Shown: positions 1 through 8,639 of the stretch, piece after piece
How positions within the stretch are numbered: the stretch's first letter is position 1
Layout of the letters: every line of letters starts with the position of its first letter
Assembly: GCA_030622115.1 (NCBI GenBank)
Contig: JAUXGN010000011.1
Coordinates: forward strand, 3,232 to 67,231
Direction of reading: 5' to 3'
Length of the DNA: 64,000 nt
DNA from: Candidatus Eiseniibacteriota bacterium
GTDB lineage: Bacteria > Joyebacterota > Joyebacteria > Joyebacterales > Joyebacteraceae
The notes under the pieces: model-generated
Seen by the model: the letters and a program-made list of their open reading frames with translations, nothing else
What the model was told of the DNA's origin: nothing
Databases searched by the model: none
Program-made: the position numbers and the translations under genes

Positions 1-1
1 C

Positions 2-847
2 GGCGGCATGGGCTGGTACGACGCCTGCTTCCACACGTTCTCCACGATGTCCACCGGCGGCTTCTCCACTCGAACCGCGAGCATCGCCGCCTTCGACAGC
101 GCATACATCGAGATCGTGATAATCGTCTTCATGTTCCTTGCCGGCGCCAACTTCGCACTCCACTATCGCGCCCTCAAGGGAAAGCCCCGGTCGTTCCTGC
201 GCGACCCGGAATTCCGGTTCTACACCCTGTTGTGGCTCGGCAGCTGCCTGCTCCTCAGTTTCAATATCTGGGGAGAAGTCTATCAAGGGATCGGTGAGGC
301 TCTGCGGGCCGGGTTCTTCCAGGGTACGTCGATCATGACCACCACCGGCTACGTCACCAAGGACTTCAACGTGTGGCCGAATGCGTCGCGGCTGTTGCTG
401 GTTCTCTTGATGTTCATCGGAGGGTGCGGTGGCTCAACAGCGGGCGGAGTCAAGGTCGTGCGCTTCCTCGTGGTTCTCAAGAAGATCGCGCGGGAGCTTG
501 GGCGTGCCATCCACCCGCGCACCATCATAAAGATCAAGCTGGGACGCCACTCCCTCGAGGAAGCCACGGTTTCAAACATCTCCAGCTTCTTCATCGTCTT
601 CGTGTTGATCTTCGCAGTCGCCACTCTCGCCATGACGTTCTACACGCCCGACATGGTGACAGCCGCGTCGTCGGTTGCGGCAACGCTTGGTAACATCGGT
701 CCGGGGCTGGGAGCCGTCGGCGCCATTGAAACATACGCGTCCATTCCCGCCACCGGTCAGATCATTCTGATCGTATGCATGCTTCTCGGTCGGCTGGAGC
801 TGTACACGGTGCTGGTCCTGCTGCATCGCAGTTTCTGGAAGAGGTAG
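2..847 (+). CDS. TrkH/KtrB-family K+ uptake permease, C-terminal part (5' end outside window)
   Basis: ORF 8..847; the frame stays open to the window edge. Polytopic membrane protein with MSTGGFSTR and GGCGGSTAGGVK pore-loop-like motifs typical of the TrkH family. Confidence 0.85.
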   Translation, partial: GGMGWYDACFHTFSTMSTGGFSTRTASIAAFDSAYIEIVIIVFMFLAGANFALHYRALKGKPRSFLRDPEFRFYTLLWLGSCLLLSFNIWGEVYQGIGEALRAGFFQGTSIMTTTGYVTKDFNVWPNASRLLLVLLMFIGGCGGSTAGGVKVVRFLVVLKKIARELGRAIHPRTIIKIKLGRHSLEEATVSNISSFFIVFVLIFAVATLAMTFYTPDMVTAASSVAATLGNIGPGLGAVGAIETYASIPATGQIILIVCMLLGRLELYTVLVLLHRSFWKR

Positions 848-958
848 GACCTGCTGGATCATGCCGCCTCATCCACGCTACCTTGCCACAGGGTCATCCC
901 AGGCCGATGCCCGGCAGGGCGACCCGTTGAGCATGGTCGCCCCGCCGGTCTTGCCGAT

Positions 959-1699
959 CTACTCCGCGTACATCGCCTTGATCGCGCCCCAAGTCATCTC
1001 CTCGACAGGAGAGGTGACCTCGCTCATAATGATATCGTCCGCGATGAGATCAAACGGCACCGTGCAGAAAACATAGGTGCCGAAGTACCCCGAATCGTAT
1101 GTGTCGTCGGTGAACGGGCACCCGGGCATGAGCATATCGTCCATCCAAAGGTTGATCTGGTCTCCCACGCCTTCAATGCTGAGCTTGTGCCAGGTGTTGG
1201 CCGGCGGCGGGCCACCCGGTATGTCACCCCCCATCCAGAACGCGATGGTCTCCGGAGACATCCCGCCATCACCGCGACGGAACTTGACCTGGAACAGGCC
1301 GGAGTCGATGACGAACTGGTAGCCGTAGGAGGCGCCCACACTGTTGCGGAAGAGGATACCCACGCGCGCCTCACCGGACCCGGTGAAGATCCACGCATCG
1401 AGCCGGCCGTCGGAGACGACGGCGTCCGTTGCCAGACTGCCACCGAGTTGGTAGGGTCCCATCGGTATCGTGGATAAACTCACAACATGTGTGTCGCCGC
1501 TCGGATTCGGGTAACACGCCTCGCCACCCGACAGAGTGAGGGCTACGGGCACGTTTCCCCCAACCTCTTCGTACGGAGTGAACCACTCAAGGTCCAGGGT
1601 GCCTCCTGTGACGCGCTCGGCGTAGAGCTCCTCGGCTCCGGCCGGTACATGGGCGACGCAGATCGTCGCTACTACCAGAAGCAGAACCATCTTCTTCAT
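959..1699 (-). CDS. Secreted LamG/concanavalin-like jelly-roll protein with C-terminal TWGxIKxxY tail
   Basis: ORF 959..1876 trimmed to the ATG at 1699 (cat 1697-1699), with GGAGG just upstream. Signal peptide MKKMVLLLVVATICVAHVPAGA. C-terminus ...SPVEEMTWGAIKAMYAE. Confidence 0.6.
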   Translation of the reverse strand: MKKMVLLLVVATICVAHVPAGAEELYAERVTGGTLDLEWFTPYEEVGGNVPVALTLSGGEACYPNPSGDTHVVSLSTIPMGPYQLGGSLATDAVVSDGRLDAWIFTGSGEARVGILFRNSVGASYGYQFVIDSGLFQVKFRRGDGGMSPETIAFWMGGDIPGGPPPANTWHKLSIEGVGDQINLWMDDMLMPGCPFTDDTYDSGYFGTYVFCTVPFDLIADDIIMSEVTSPVEEMTWGAIKAMYAE

Positions 1700-1764
1700 T
1701 GCTGCACCTCCTCTTCTTGTGACTAACGCTGGAACACCGTTCTTCGAGAGGGGTCGCCTGTCAG

Positions 1765-3723
1765 CTACCTGATCAGCGCGACGCGCTGAGAGGCGCTTCT
1801 CGTCCCATCGATGGAAGCTCTGGCGAAGTAGACGCCGCTGGCGACTCTCGATCCATCCTTGGACATTCCGTCCCATGAGATGACGTGCATCCCGCCTGCT
1901 GACGCCTCCTTCGTCAGTTCGGTAATCTCTCTGCCCGAGAGATCGTAGATGGACAACCGGATCGCACCCGCGGTCTCCAACGTGACCATGAACTCGGCTC
2001 CGCCTGCCGTGGGGTTCCTGGTAAGTGCAAGGGAAATCGACGACCCCTGGCTCATCTGACCTCCGTCGTCAGTGACAGAAGTCGCGAACGTCGGGAACGC
2101 ATGGTACAGAATGTGATGTAGATCGAGCGGCTCCTCGTCGCGGTCTCCGATGACCGAGCCTCCTGCCGCTGCGAGCACCGACGTCTGATACACGATGTGC
2201 GCGTCGCCGTTTGGGTTCCACGCCGCCAGGCTTGGGTAGCGATCATCGCGGTCCGGTGAGTTGGTGACGTTGGTCGGATCCCGCCAGCCAGCTCCTTCGT
2301 CCGTCGTGAAGTAGATATCGCCGAATCCGACGCCAAGGAGGAACCCGGGCAGCCCAGCGTGCACCGTTGTGTCGACATCCTCATCATTAAAGCCCACCCA
2401 AATGATGTATGTATGTTGACTGTCATGTGAGAAGCCGACTTGTGGCCAATCGACACTGGCCGTATTGAAACCTGGGTAGTAGCCGGGCTGCCCTAGATAC
2501 GGTTCGTCATACATGTCTGCCACACCAACGGGGACCTGGTAGACGACCTCGATGCCCGTTCCCGGCGACCAGTGCATCACTCTGCTTCGGTAATCGATAA
2601 GGAAGTAGCTGTCGCCTGACTTGCGAGCCTGCATCTCACTCCAGACGATGTGAGGCTCCGTCCCGTTGTAGGCGATGTCGCACTGGACGTACGGTCGGTA
2701 CTCCGTCGAGGTGAAATCGGGATCGCTGATTGAAGTCTGAGAGTAGTTGGTGACGCTCGTCTGAGTGACCGTCCCGGCGTCGTACGTTCCATCAGACGAC
2801 TCGATGAGATAGACGTTGCCGCCGAAATCCACGACTGCGACGCCCACGCGTCCGTCGGACCCGCTGCCGAGCGACGGAAACTCGGGCTCACCCTCGATGA
2901 AGATGCCGTGATCGATGATGCTGGCCCAGTCCTCGAACTGCCAGTAGACGGTGATGCAGTCGATCTCGACACCCTCGGCCGGCAAGTGGGCCGTGCGAAA
3001 CTCCGTCACGCCGTCATGGTCGCCGGGTCTCGGTATCTCTCCGAGCATGGTGATGGACCCGTCGGGGTTGCCGACAGCCTGCGGGAAGAGGTAGCTGTCC
3101 GCGGTGATCTCTCCCAGGTAGGCCTCCCAGTTCGCTGTGGCCTGACTCTCGTCGGCGTAGACGCTGCCCCTGAGGTCGCACCCGTCCTCGTTGATGTGCT
3201 GAGCGAGCAGGGCCCTACCGTCATTGGTCAGACCGATGGACCCGAAGCCGCCCAGCTCGTCGCCACCCGGGCAGCAGTTGGGCACATCAGGATCGAGCAC
3301 TTTCCCCAGCCACGTCCATATGCCGTCGATCCGCGCCGAATACCCCATGCCTCTCTTGGGGAACGGAATGGGGTCGTCCGGATCGGGGGGACACCCGTCT
3401 GGGGCGAGATAGCAGAAGCCGTTCTGATACGTCACATGTATGTCCCCATTGGGCGCCACGACAATGTGCTTGCCCAGACCGCCCATGTCCTGCAGGTCGT
3501 AGTACGTCGAATCCACAACGGTACCTGGAGACATGCTCCGGCTCCGCGGGGCATGCGGATCACCAGACTCCAGCGTTCCCGGCATCAGCCCAAAGCTCCC
3601 GTCGAGCGGGAGGGCTCGGCCGGCGAACGGGGTCGGCGCGGGCTCCGACGCGCACGCGTCTCCCGACGCTGTCAGCAGGCAGATACCGATGGTCACGATG
3701 ACAGCTGCGATACTCTTCTTCAT
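1765..3723 (-). CDS. Secreted beta-propeller-like protein with T9SS-type (FlgD-Ig-like) C-terminal sorting domain
   Basis: ORF 1765..3831 trimmed to the ATG at 3723, with AAGGAGG upstream. Signal peptide MKKSIAAVIVTIGICLLTASGDACA. Repeated ...HIV(W/Y).. blades. Last ~80 aa (IRLSIYDLSGREI...ISWDGMSKDGSRVASGVYFARASIDG) match the Por-secretion-tail pattern. Confidence 0.7.
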   Translation of the reverse strand: MKKSIAAVIVTIGICLLTASGDACASEPAPTPFAGRALPLDGSFGLMPGTLESGDPHAPRSRSMSPGTVVDSTYYDLQDMGGLGKHIVVAPNGDIHVTYQNGFCYLAPDGCPPDPDDPIPFPKRGMGYSARIDGIWTWLGKVLDPDVPNCCPGGDELGGFGSIGLTNDGRALLAQHINEDGCDLRGSVYADESQATANWEAYLGEITADSYLFPQAVGNPDGSITMLGEIPRPGDHDGVTEFRTAHLPAEGVEIDCITVYWQFEDWASIIDHGIFIEGEPEFPSLGSGSDGRVGVAVVDFGGNVYLIESSDGTYDAGTVTQTSVTNYSQTSISDPDFTSTEYRPYVQCDIAYNGTEPHIVWSEMQARKSGDSYFLIDYRSRVMHWSPGTGIEVVYQVPVGVADMYDEPYLGQPGYYPGFNTASVDWPQVGFSHDSQHTYIIWVGFNDEDVDTTVHAGLPGFLLGVGFGDIYFTTDEGAGWRDPTNVTNSPDRDDRYPSLAAWNPNGDAHIVYQTSVLAAAGGSVIGDRDEEPLDLHHILYHAFPTFATSVTDDGGQMSQGSSISLALTRNPTAGGAEFMVTLETAGAIRLSIYDLSGREITELTKEASAGGMHVISWDGMSKDGSRVASGVYFARASIDGTRSASQRVALIR

Positions 3724-3812
3724 TTGCTCCTCCTTCCGCAGTCCGCTACGACACGCGGTCCGCTCGTCGTGCAAGAGCACACGGCGGTAGCCGCGCGGTC
3801 CTTGCCTCATCG

Positions 3813-6167
3813 CTAGAATGTCGTCCTCCAAGCCACGGTGAAGTTGCGCCCAGCTTCACGCACAAACGACAGCGGTTCCTGGTACGACTTGTCAGCCAGG
3901 TTCTCGACGCCCAGGGTGAGCTCCGACGAGCGCCCGACGTCGCATCCGATGCGGACATCGAAGAGAGTGAACCCTGCCGAGGTCGGTTCCTCCTGGGCCA
4001 CCCGGACGCGATCGCCAACGATGCGTGCGCGCGGTTCGACCCAGACACCAGAGAACGGCCCCCACTCCACCTGCGGTGTGTAGCTCAGCTGAATGGTGGC
4101 CTTCGCCGGTGGCATGGACGGCAGCGGGATGGACTCAGGCTGTCCGAAGCCGTGATCGGACAGATCGTCGCCCTTGAGCCAGGACCACGCGCCGCTGATC
4201 TCGAGCTGCTCGCCAACCCTCCACGCTGCCTCGACCTCCACCCCTTCCATGACGGCCTCCGTGATATTCACGTACTGGAACCGGGGTATGAGGTACAGCA
4301 TGCCGATGTACTTCGCGGCTATCAGGTTGTCGGTCCACGTCCGGAACGCGTCGACTCTGACGGAGAGCCCATTGTTCGAGAAACGCGCACCGACGTCGGC
4401 GGACAACGCATCCTCGATGATCAGTTCCTCGTTGCCGAAGACCCACATCCCGCCATGAACGATGTCGTTGAAGTAGAGTTCCTGAAGGGTCGGAACCTTG
4501 AATCCTGTTCCGAGCGACCCGGTGACAGTCACGTTGTCGGTGATCTGAACGCGAGATCCGGCCTTGATGCTCGTCCTGTGTGCGGTCGTGGTACCAGGCT
4601 CCACATTGCTGCCCCTGGTCTCCCACGTCTGCGTGGTCGAGTCGTCGTGTCTGACCCCGAGAGAGATGATGACCCGTGCCCCCAACTCGAGTTCGCTCTG
4701 GGCGAAGGCCGAGATGGTCGTCCGTCTCGCCTCCGGCAGACTGGCGACCGAATCCTCTTCGACCGACACAATCTGCCACTCGAGGTTGGAGTGGATCTCC
4801 TCTGTGACGCTCACCCCCTCTGCATCGTCGCGCACGAACTCCACACCGAAGGTCGTGGCCAGCTCGGACCGGGGCACTGCGGTCGCCTCAAGGCGCGCTC
4901 CCACGGTTCTGAGCGCGGAGTCTCCGTCACGTGTCTCCTCACTCCATCCGATATGGATGTCTCGGAAGAACAGCGAGTCGACCGCTGTTTGCCTGAACTC
5001 AGACCTGGTCCTGTGAACCCAGCTGCTCGCCGTGGCGCGGGAGAGCCAAGGCAAGCTTCCGGCACGAGGTCTGAACTCGTAGCTCAACTCCGCGGAGTTC
5101 CTTTCCTTGAGCGGATATCGTCCGTTGCTCTCCAGCTCGTCGTTGAAGACGGGCACACCGATGTCCCGTGCGCTGTAGTGCTGGAGCGACGCTCGAACCC
5201 GGTCTTCATCCCACACGGGGAGCGCGACCGAGATGTCACCGGAGCAGTCGGTGAAGTCGGTGTTGGGAACCAGACCTTCGGGAGTATGGAGAGTCCCGAC
5301 GCTTCGACCACTCAACCCCAGGTCGTACTCCGCCGATCCCAACATCCCGTGCAGATCCAGACGACCGTATGCCTGCTCATCGGCGCTGCGCCCCAGCAAT
5401 TTGAGCGAACCAGAGACGCCTTGCTTGCGCAGCGGATTGCTGCGCGAGCGCGTCACGATGTTGATGACGCCGCCCATCGCGTCCGAACCGTAGAGCGCCG
5501 AAGAGCTGCCTCTGTAGACCTCGATCCGCTCGACGGACTCAATGTCGACCATGGACGGCTCGGCGCCGTGCCCCTGCGCCTGGTTGAGGCGCCTCCCGTC
5601 CACCAGCACGAGGACGCGATCGCCGCTCATCCCTCGTATCACGGGTTTGGTGCTCCATGGACCCGTCTTCGTGACTTCGACACCCGGAACCTCAGTCAGG
5701 ACCTGGCCAATATTGATGGGGTTCTGCCTCGCGATCCTCTCCTGCGGGATGATACTCACGGGTGCGGCGCTCCTCTCCGGATCGAACGGCACGCGCTCGC
5801 CGGTGACCTCCACCTCCGGCATCGCGTAGACCTGTGGAGTCAGCCGGAAGACAGTGTCCTTGCCTACGAGATCCGCCTCAGTGAATTCAATGCTGATGGT
5901 CTCGTAGGCGACGTGGCTCAACACGAAGACTGCGGGTAGCTCTCGCACGCGAACGGAGAAGCAACCGCGTCCATCGGTCAGAAACACCTGCTCGCCTTCG
6001 CTGTCCAGGACCGCGCACCACGAGACCGACTCGCCCGTCTCGTCGTCGACGACAATCCCGGACAGAGTCTCCGCCGCGACTGCTGCCTGCGGTGCGACTG
6101 CCGCCACAAGAAGCGTGATCGTCACAACCCAGAGAAGTTCCGGGATTGAGAATCTACCGTCTCTCAT
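3813..6167 (-). CDS. TonB-dependent receptor with N-terminal carboxypeptidase-regulatory-like domain
   Basis: Plug-domain motifs (VEVTKTGPWSTKPVIRGMSGDRVLVLVDGRRLN, IEVYRGSSSALYGSDAMGGVINIVTR) and a terminal ...VAWRTTF aromatic residue. Start set to the ATG at 6167 (GGGGAG SD; signal-like LLWVVTITLLVAAVAPQAAVAA). Confidence 0.85.
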   Translation of the reverse strand: MRDGRFSIPELLWVVTITLLVAAVAPQAAVAAETLSGIVVDDETGESVSWCAVLDSEGEQVFLTDGRGCFSVRVRELPAVFVLSHVAYETISIEFTEADLVGKDTVFRLTPQVYAMPEVEVTGERVPFDPERSAAPVSIIPQERIARQNPINIGQVLTEVPGVEVTKTGPWSTKPVIRGMSGDRVLVLVDGRRLNQAQGHGAEPSMVDIESVERIEVYRGSSSALYGSDAMGGVINIVTRSRSNPLRKQGVSGSLKLLGRSADEQAYGRLDLHGMLGSAEYDLGLSGRSVGTLHTPEGLVPNTDFTDCSGDISVALPVWDEDRVRASLQHYSARDIGVPVFNDELESNGRYPLKERNSAELSYEFRPRAGSLPWLSRATASSWVHRTRSEFRQTAVDSLFFRDIHIGWSEETRDGDSALRTVGARLEATAVPRSELATTFGVEFVRDDAEGVSVTEEIHSNLEWQIVSVEEDSVASLPEARRTTISAFAQSELELGARVIISLGVRHDDSTTQTWETRGSNVEPGTTTAHRTSIKAGSRVQITDNVTVTGSLGTGFKVPTLQELYFNDIVHGGMWVFGNEELIIEDALSADVGARFSNNGLSVRVDAFRTWTDNLIAAKYIGMLYLIPRFQYVNITEAVMEGVEVEAAWRVGEQLEISGAWSWLKGDDLSDHGFGQPESIPLPSMPPAKATIQLSYTPQVEWGPFSGVWVEPRARIVGDRVRVAQEEPTSAGFTLFDVRIGCDVGRSSELTLGVENLADKSYQEPLSFVREAGRNFTVAWRTTF

Positions 6168-6299
6168 CGTGCGCTCCCCCAAAGACTCCTCGACAAAAAG
6201 AAGAACCCGATCGTCCGGGAACATCTCCCCTCGATCGGGCTCTGGGTTCAACGACCTCTGGCCTCTCGCAAGTGCGCTCAGGTCACCGATGCGGCCTGT

Positions 6300-6506
6300 C
6301 TAGCTGCCTTCTGTTCCTCTGTCTTCGAATGTGAACTCTGACCACCGCCTACCGTGACGTCCGGGGAGATTGGCAATAGCGATCGTTGCCTCCCGCTTGC
6401 ACCTCGGACAACGGATCGAAATGCCATCCTTCGTCCGTCGGGCAAGCAGCCGCCCACACCGGCAGCGCAGATCGTGCCTGTCTGGTGTGGGATTGGAACC
6501 TCTCAT
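6300..6506 (-). CDS. Small Com-like (phage Mu Com type) zinc-ribbon protein, 68 aa
   Basis: ORF 6300..6593 trimmed to the ATG at 6506. The CRCGRLLA...ISIRCPRCKRE pattern parallels Mu Com CKNCNKLL...IEIRCPRCKR. A GAGGAG lies ~10 nt upstream. Confidence 0.4.
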   Translation of the reverse strand: MRGSNPTPDRHDLRCRCGRLLARRTKDGISIRCPRCKREATIAIANLPGRHGRRWSEFTFEDRGTEGS

Positions 6507-6571
6507 CCGTACATCGCTCCTCAAGGAGTTTCGTGTCGCCGTATTTTGTTTGGCGCGCCTAACAACCAAGT

Positions 6572-6607
6572 CAAAAAGTAAGCGCGGCTGCATCTCTCCC
6601 GCGCGCT
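6572..6607 (-). terminator. Intrinsic terminator-like hairpin plus U-tract downstream of the radical-SAM operon
   Basis: Minus strand reads AGCGCG(C)-11 nt loop-(C)CGCGCT followed by TACTTTTTGA, about 50 nt after the radical-SAM stop at 6656. Confidence 0.5.
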
Positions 6608-6623
6608 ATTTGGCGTCCCTAAC

Positions 6624-6652
6624 ATTGTAAGGCAGCACTAGTATTGCGTCAA
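6624..6652 (-). promoter_or_regulatory. Sigma70-type promoter TTGACG-N17-TACAAT
   Basis: Minus strand: TTGACG (6652-6647), a 17-nt spacer, TACAAT (6629-6624). It sits between the radical-SAM stop codon and the terminator hairpin. Confidence 0.4.
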
Positions 6653-6655
6653 GCG

Positions 6656-7633
6656 TTATCTTCGACCGGTCTGGCTCTCTGCGATGCCCACGCACACCGC
6701 ATCATCCACGCCGGCGTAGCCTTCGTCGAGCGATTCCTTCGCCTCAAGATGTCTCCGGATGTACTGCCCGCAGTTGCTTCCGAACCTGTTCTCTTCCTGC
6801 TCTCCAATGCTCAGAAGCACATCGTACCCAGCGGCACGTAGCTGCTCGATTATCGCGCTCCCCTCCTCCCGCCCCGGAACGATGCGGGAGACGATATCGT
6901 TTCTCACAGCCTCGTGTGTCGGATTGATAGGGGTTATCTTGATGATGAAGATCTCTGGGTCGAAATGAGTGAGAAGAGCACCTGACTCTATCGGCGCTCC
7001 CTCCGCCAGGGCGAAGTTGAGCGTGATCTTCCTGTCCCCCGGGGCGTGAAAGCGCTCGCCGTATTGCGCGATTCTGCCGAACGTCCACTTGCTGCCGGGA
7101 ATCAGCTTGTCGCGAAGCTCCGGATCCGTCGTGTGGATCGAGAACTGAAGCTGGAATCTCCCACCCGCATATAGCCTGTTCTTGATTTCCTTGAGCCTCT
7201 CGAAAAACGCGTCACGTCCCGAAGGCGCAACAGTCGAGACGGCCGGCATCAATCCGGGTGCGTCGTATCGTCGTGGAAGCTCCTCGAGCACGTCCAGGAC
7301 TGCGGGGTTGAGCGAGGGCTCTCCCACCCTAGCGAACTGCACCTTGAATTTCTTAACGGGAACGCGGCGGTCCGGGAATCTACTCTCGATCAAGAAGTCG
7401 AGCTGCTGGAAAATCTCTGCCTTCGACAACTTGCCTTCGTAGTGACCGCCTGCATCACAGAAGGCACATCTCACGGGACAGCCAAAGAGGCTTGAGAGCA
7501 TGAGCACCCATTTCTCGGCGAGCGGTAGCGGTGGCTGCACGGACTCGGCGAACTCGATCAGTTTCCCAGTCTCGGTCTCCGCAAGGTATGCGGTCGCCAG
7601 GCCCTCTCGTCCCGCAGAGGTGAGGATCTTCAT
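6656..7633 (-). CDS. Radical SAM enzyme, RlmN/Cfr-like core
   Basis: CPVRCAFC CxxxCxxC motif. GEPSLNP, STVAPSG and a C-terminal SNCGQ align by eye with RlmN GEPLLN / STSG / AACGQ. Overlaps the upstream gene by 4 nt. Confidence 0.85.
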   Translation of the reverse strand: MKILTSAGREGLATAYLAETETGKLIEFAESVQPPLPLAEKWVLMLSSLFGCPVRCAFCDAGGHYEGKLSKAEIFQQLDFLIESRFPDRRVPVKKFKVQFARVGEPSLNPAVLDVLEELPRRYDAPGLMPAVSTVAPSGRDAFFERLKEIKNRLYAGGRFQLQFSIHTTDPELRDKLIPGSKWTFGRIAQYGERFHAPGDRKITLNFALAEGAPIESGALLTHFDPEIFIIKITPINPTHEAVRNDIVSRIVPGREEGSAIIEQLRAAGYDVLLSIGEQEENRFGSNCGQYIRRHLEAKESLDEGYAGVDDAVCVGIAESQTGRR

Positions 7634-8637
7634 CGAGTCTTTCCTCCCAGCCTTCTCGCTGCTTCCATCCCGGCAACAACACCCTGGCCAACCGCGATGG
7701 CCGTCTGACGGAAGATCCCGCTCCTCACGTCACCGGCGAAGATGAGAGCCTCCGTGCCTTCCGGCTCCGTCCCCTCAGATTCAGGAGCCTCCGGCTCAGG
7801 AGCACCCGGTCCAAGAGCTCCCCGACGCAGGCAGCCCGAGATGAACCCGTCGTCGGGCTCCCTCCCTATCGCGATCACCAGACAGTCGGCGCGCATCGGG
7901 GGCGTGCCATCGCGCGTGGACCGTTCCCCACCACTCGAGAGCCGTTCGCCCTCGCGTGGCGCCCCATCGCCGCCACACGTGAGTAGAAGTCCGCCGCCGG
8001 GATCGACCGCAACATCGGTCAGTCTCGTATCCTCCCAATACGTAATCCTGGAGGATGACGATGCCCTCTCGTACAGGAGCGGCAGACAGCTCCGACCTGT
8101 CCCTCTGTTCAGGATGACGACATCGTTCCGTGCGGCCAGGTTGAGCGCGTAGTCGAAGGCGGCGTCACCCGCTCCCACGATGGCGATCGTCGCGTCTATC
8201 GTATCACGTAGCGGATAGACCTCACTGAAGACTCTGTCGACCACGCCCTCAGGGAAGGCAAGATCCCCCATCTTGAGCGCTCTGGTCCCGGACGCCACGA
8301 TCACCGTGCGAGCCCGAATCGAGTTCCGCGTGGTCTCAACGATGAACGATCCATCCTCGTGATCGAGCACTGTCACCTCACTCTTGATGACCTCCACATG
8401 TGCAGCGCTCAGGTGCTGCTCAAAGAGCCGCACGAGATCCGGCCCCGGGATTCCGCCCGGGAAGCCGGGGTAGTTCTCCACGAGATGGGCATTCTTTAGA
8501 AGTCCTCCAACCTTGTCCTTCTCGAGGAGAACCGGCTCGATCCCGTACCGCCTAAGCTGAATCGCGGCTGCGATCCCCGCGGGGCCTGCACCAACTATCA
8601 CCACATCTCTTATCGTCACCCGTCCCCCAAAGCTCAA
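7630..8637 (-). CDS. FAD/NAD(P)-dependent oxidoreductase, thioredoxin-reductase-like but without a CxxC redox centre
   Basis: VVIVGAGPAGIAAAIQL and IAIVGAGDAAFDYA dinucleotide folds. No CATC-type motif seen. Carries a Pro/Glu-rich insert GAPEPEAPESEGTEPEGTE. Confidence 0.8.
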   Translation of the reverse strand: MSFGGRVTIRDVVIVGAGPAGIAAAIQLRRYGIEPVLLEKDKVGGLLKNAHLVENYPGFPGGIPGPDLVRLFEQHLSAAHVEVIKSEVTVLDHEDGSFIVETTRNSIRARTVIVASGTRALKMGDLAFPEGVVDRVFSEVYPLRDTIDATIAIVGAGDAAFDYALNLAARNDVVILNRGTGRSCLPLLYERASSSSRITYWEDTRLTDVAVDPGGGLLLTCGGDGAPREGERLSSGGERSTRDGTPPMRADCLVIAIGREPDDGFISGCLRRGALGPGAPEPEAPESEGTEPEGTEALIFAGDVRSGIFRQTAIAVGQGVVAGMEAARRLGGKTR

Positions 8638-8639
8638 GC

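Noticed and set aside
4152-5939. 595-aa plus-strand ORF (and many other 60-300-aa ORFs) antisense to the TonB receptor gene
   Set aside because: Arg/Pro/Gly-rich translation with no motifs, fully nested opposite a gene with clear TonB-receptor signatures. This is the typical GC-rich antisense artefact. The same reasoning applies to 2908..3816(+), 10148..11161(-), 12113..12925(+), 18456..19538(+), 21867..22898(+), 31990..32832(+), 34647..35510(+), 37283..37927(+), 38044..38745(+), 50419..51321(-), 51413..52030(-) and 56386..57195(+).
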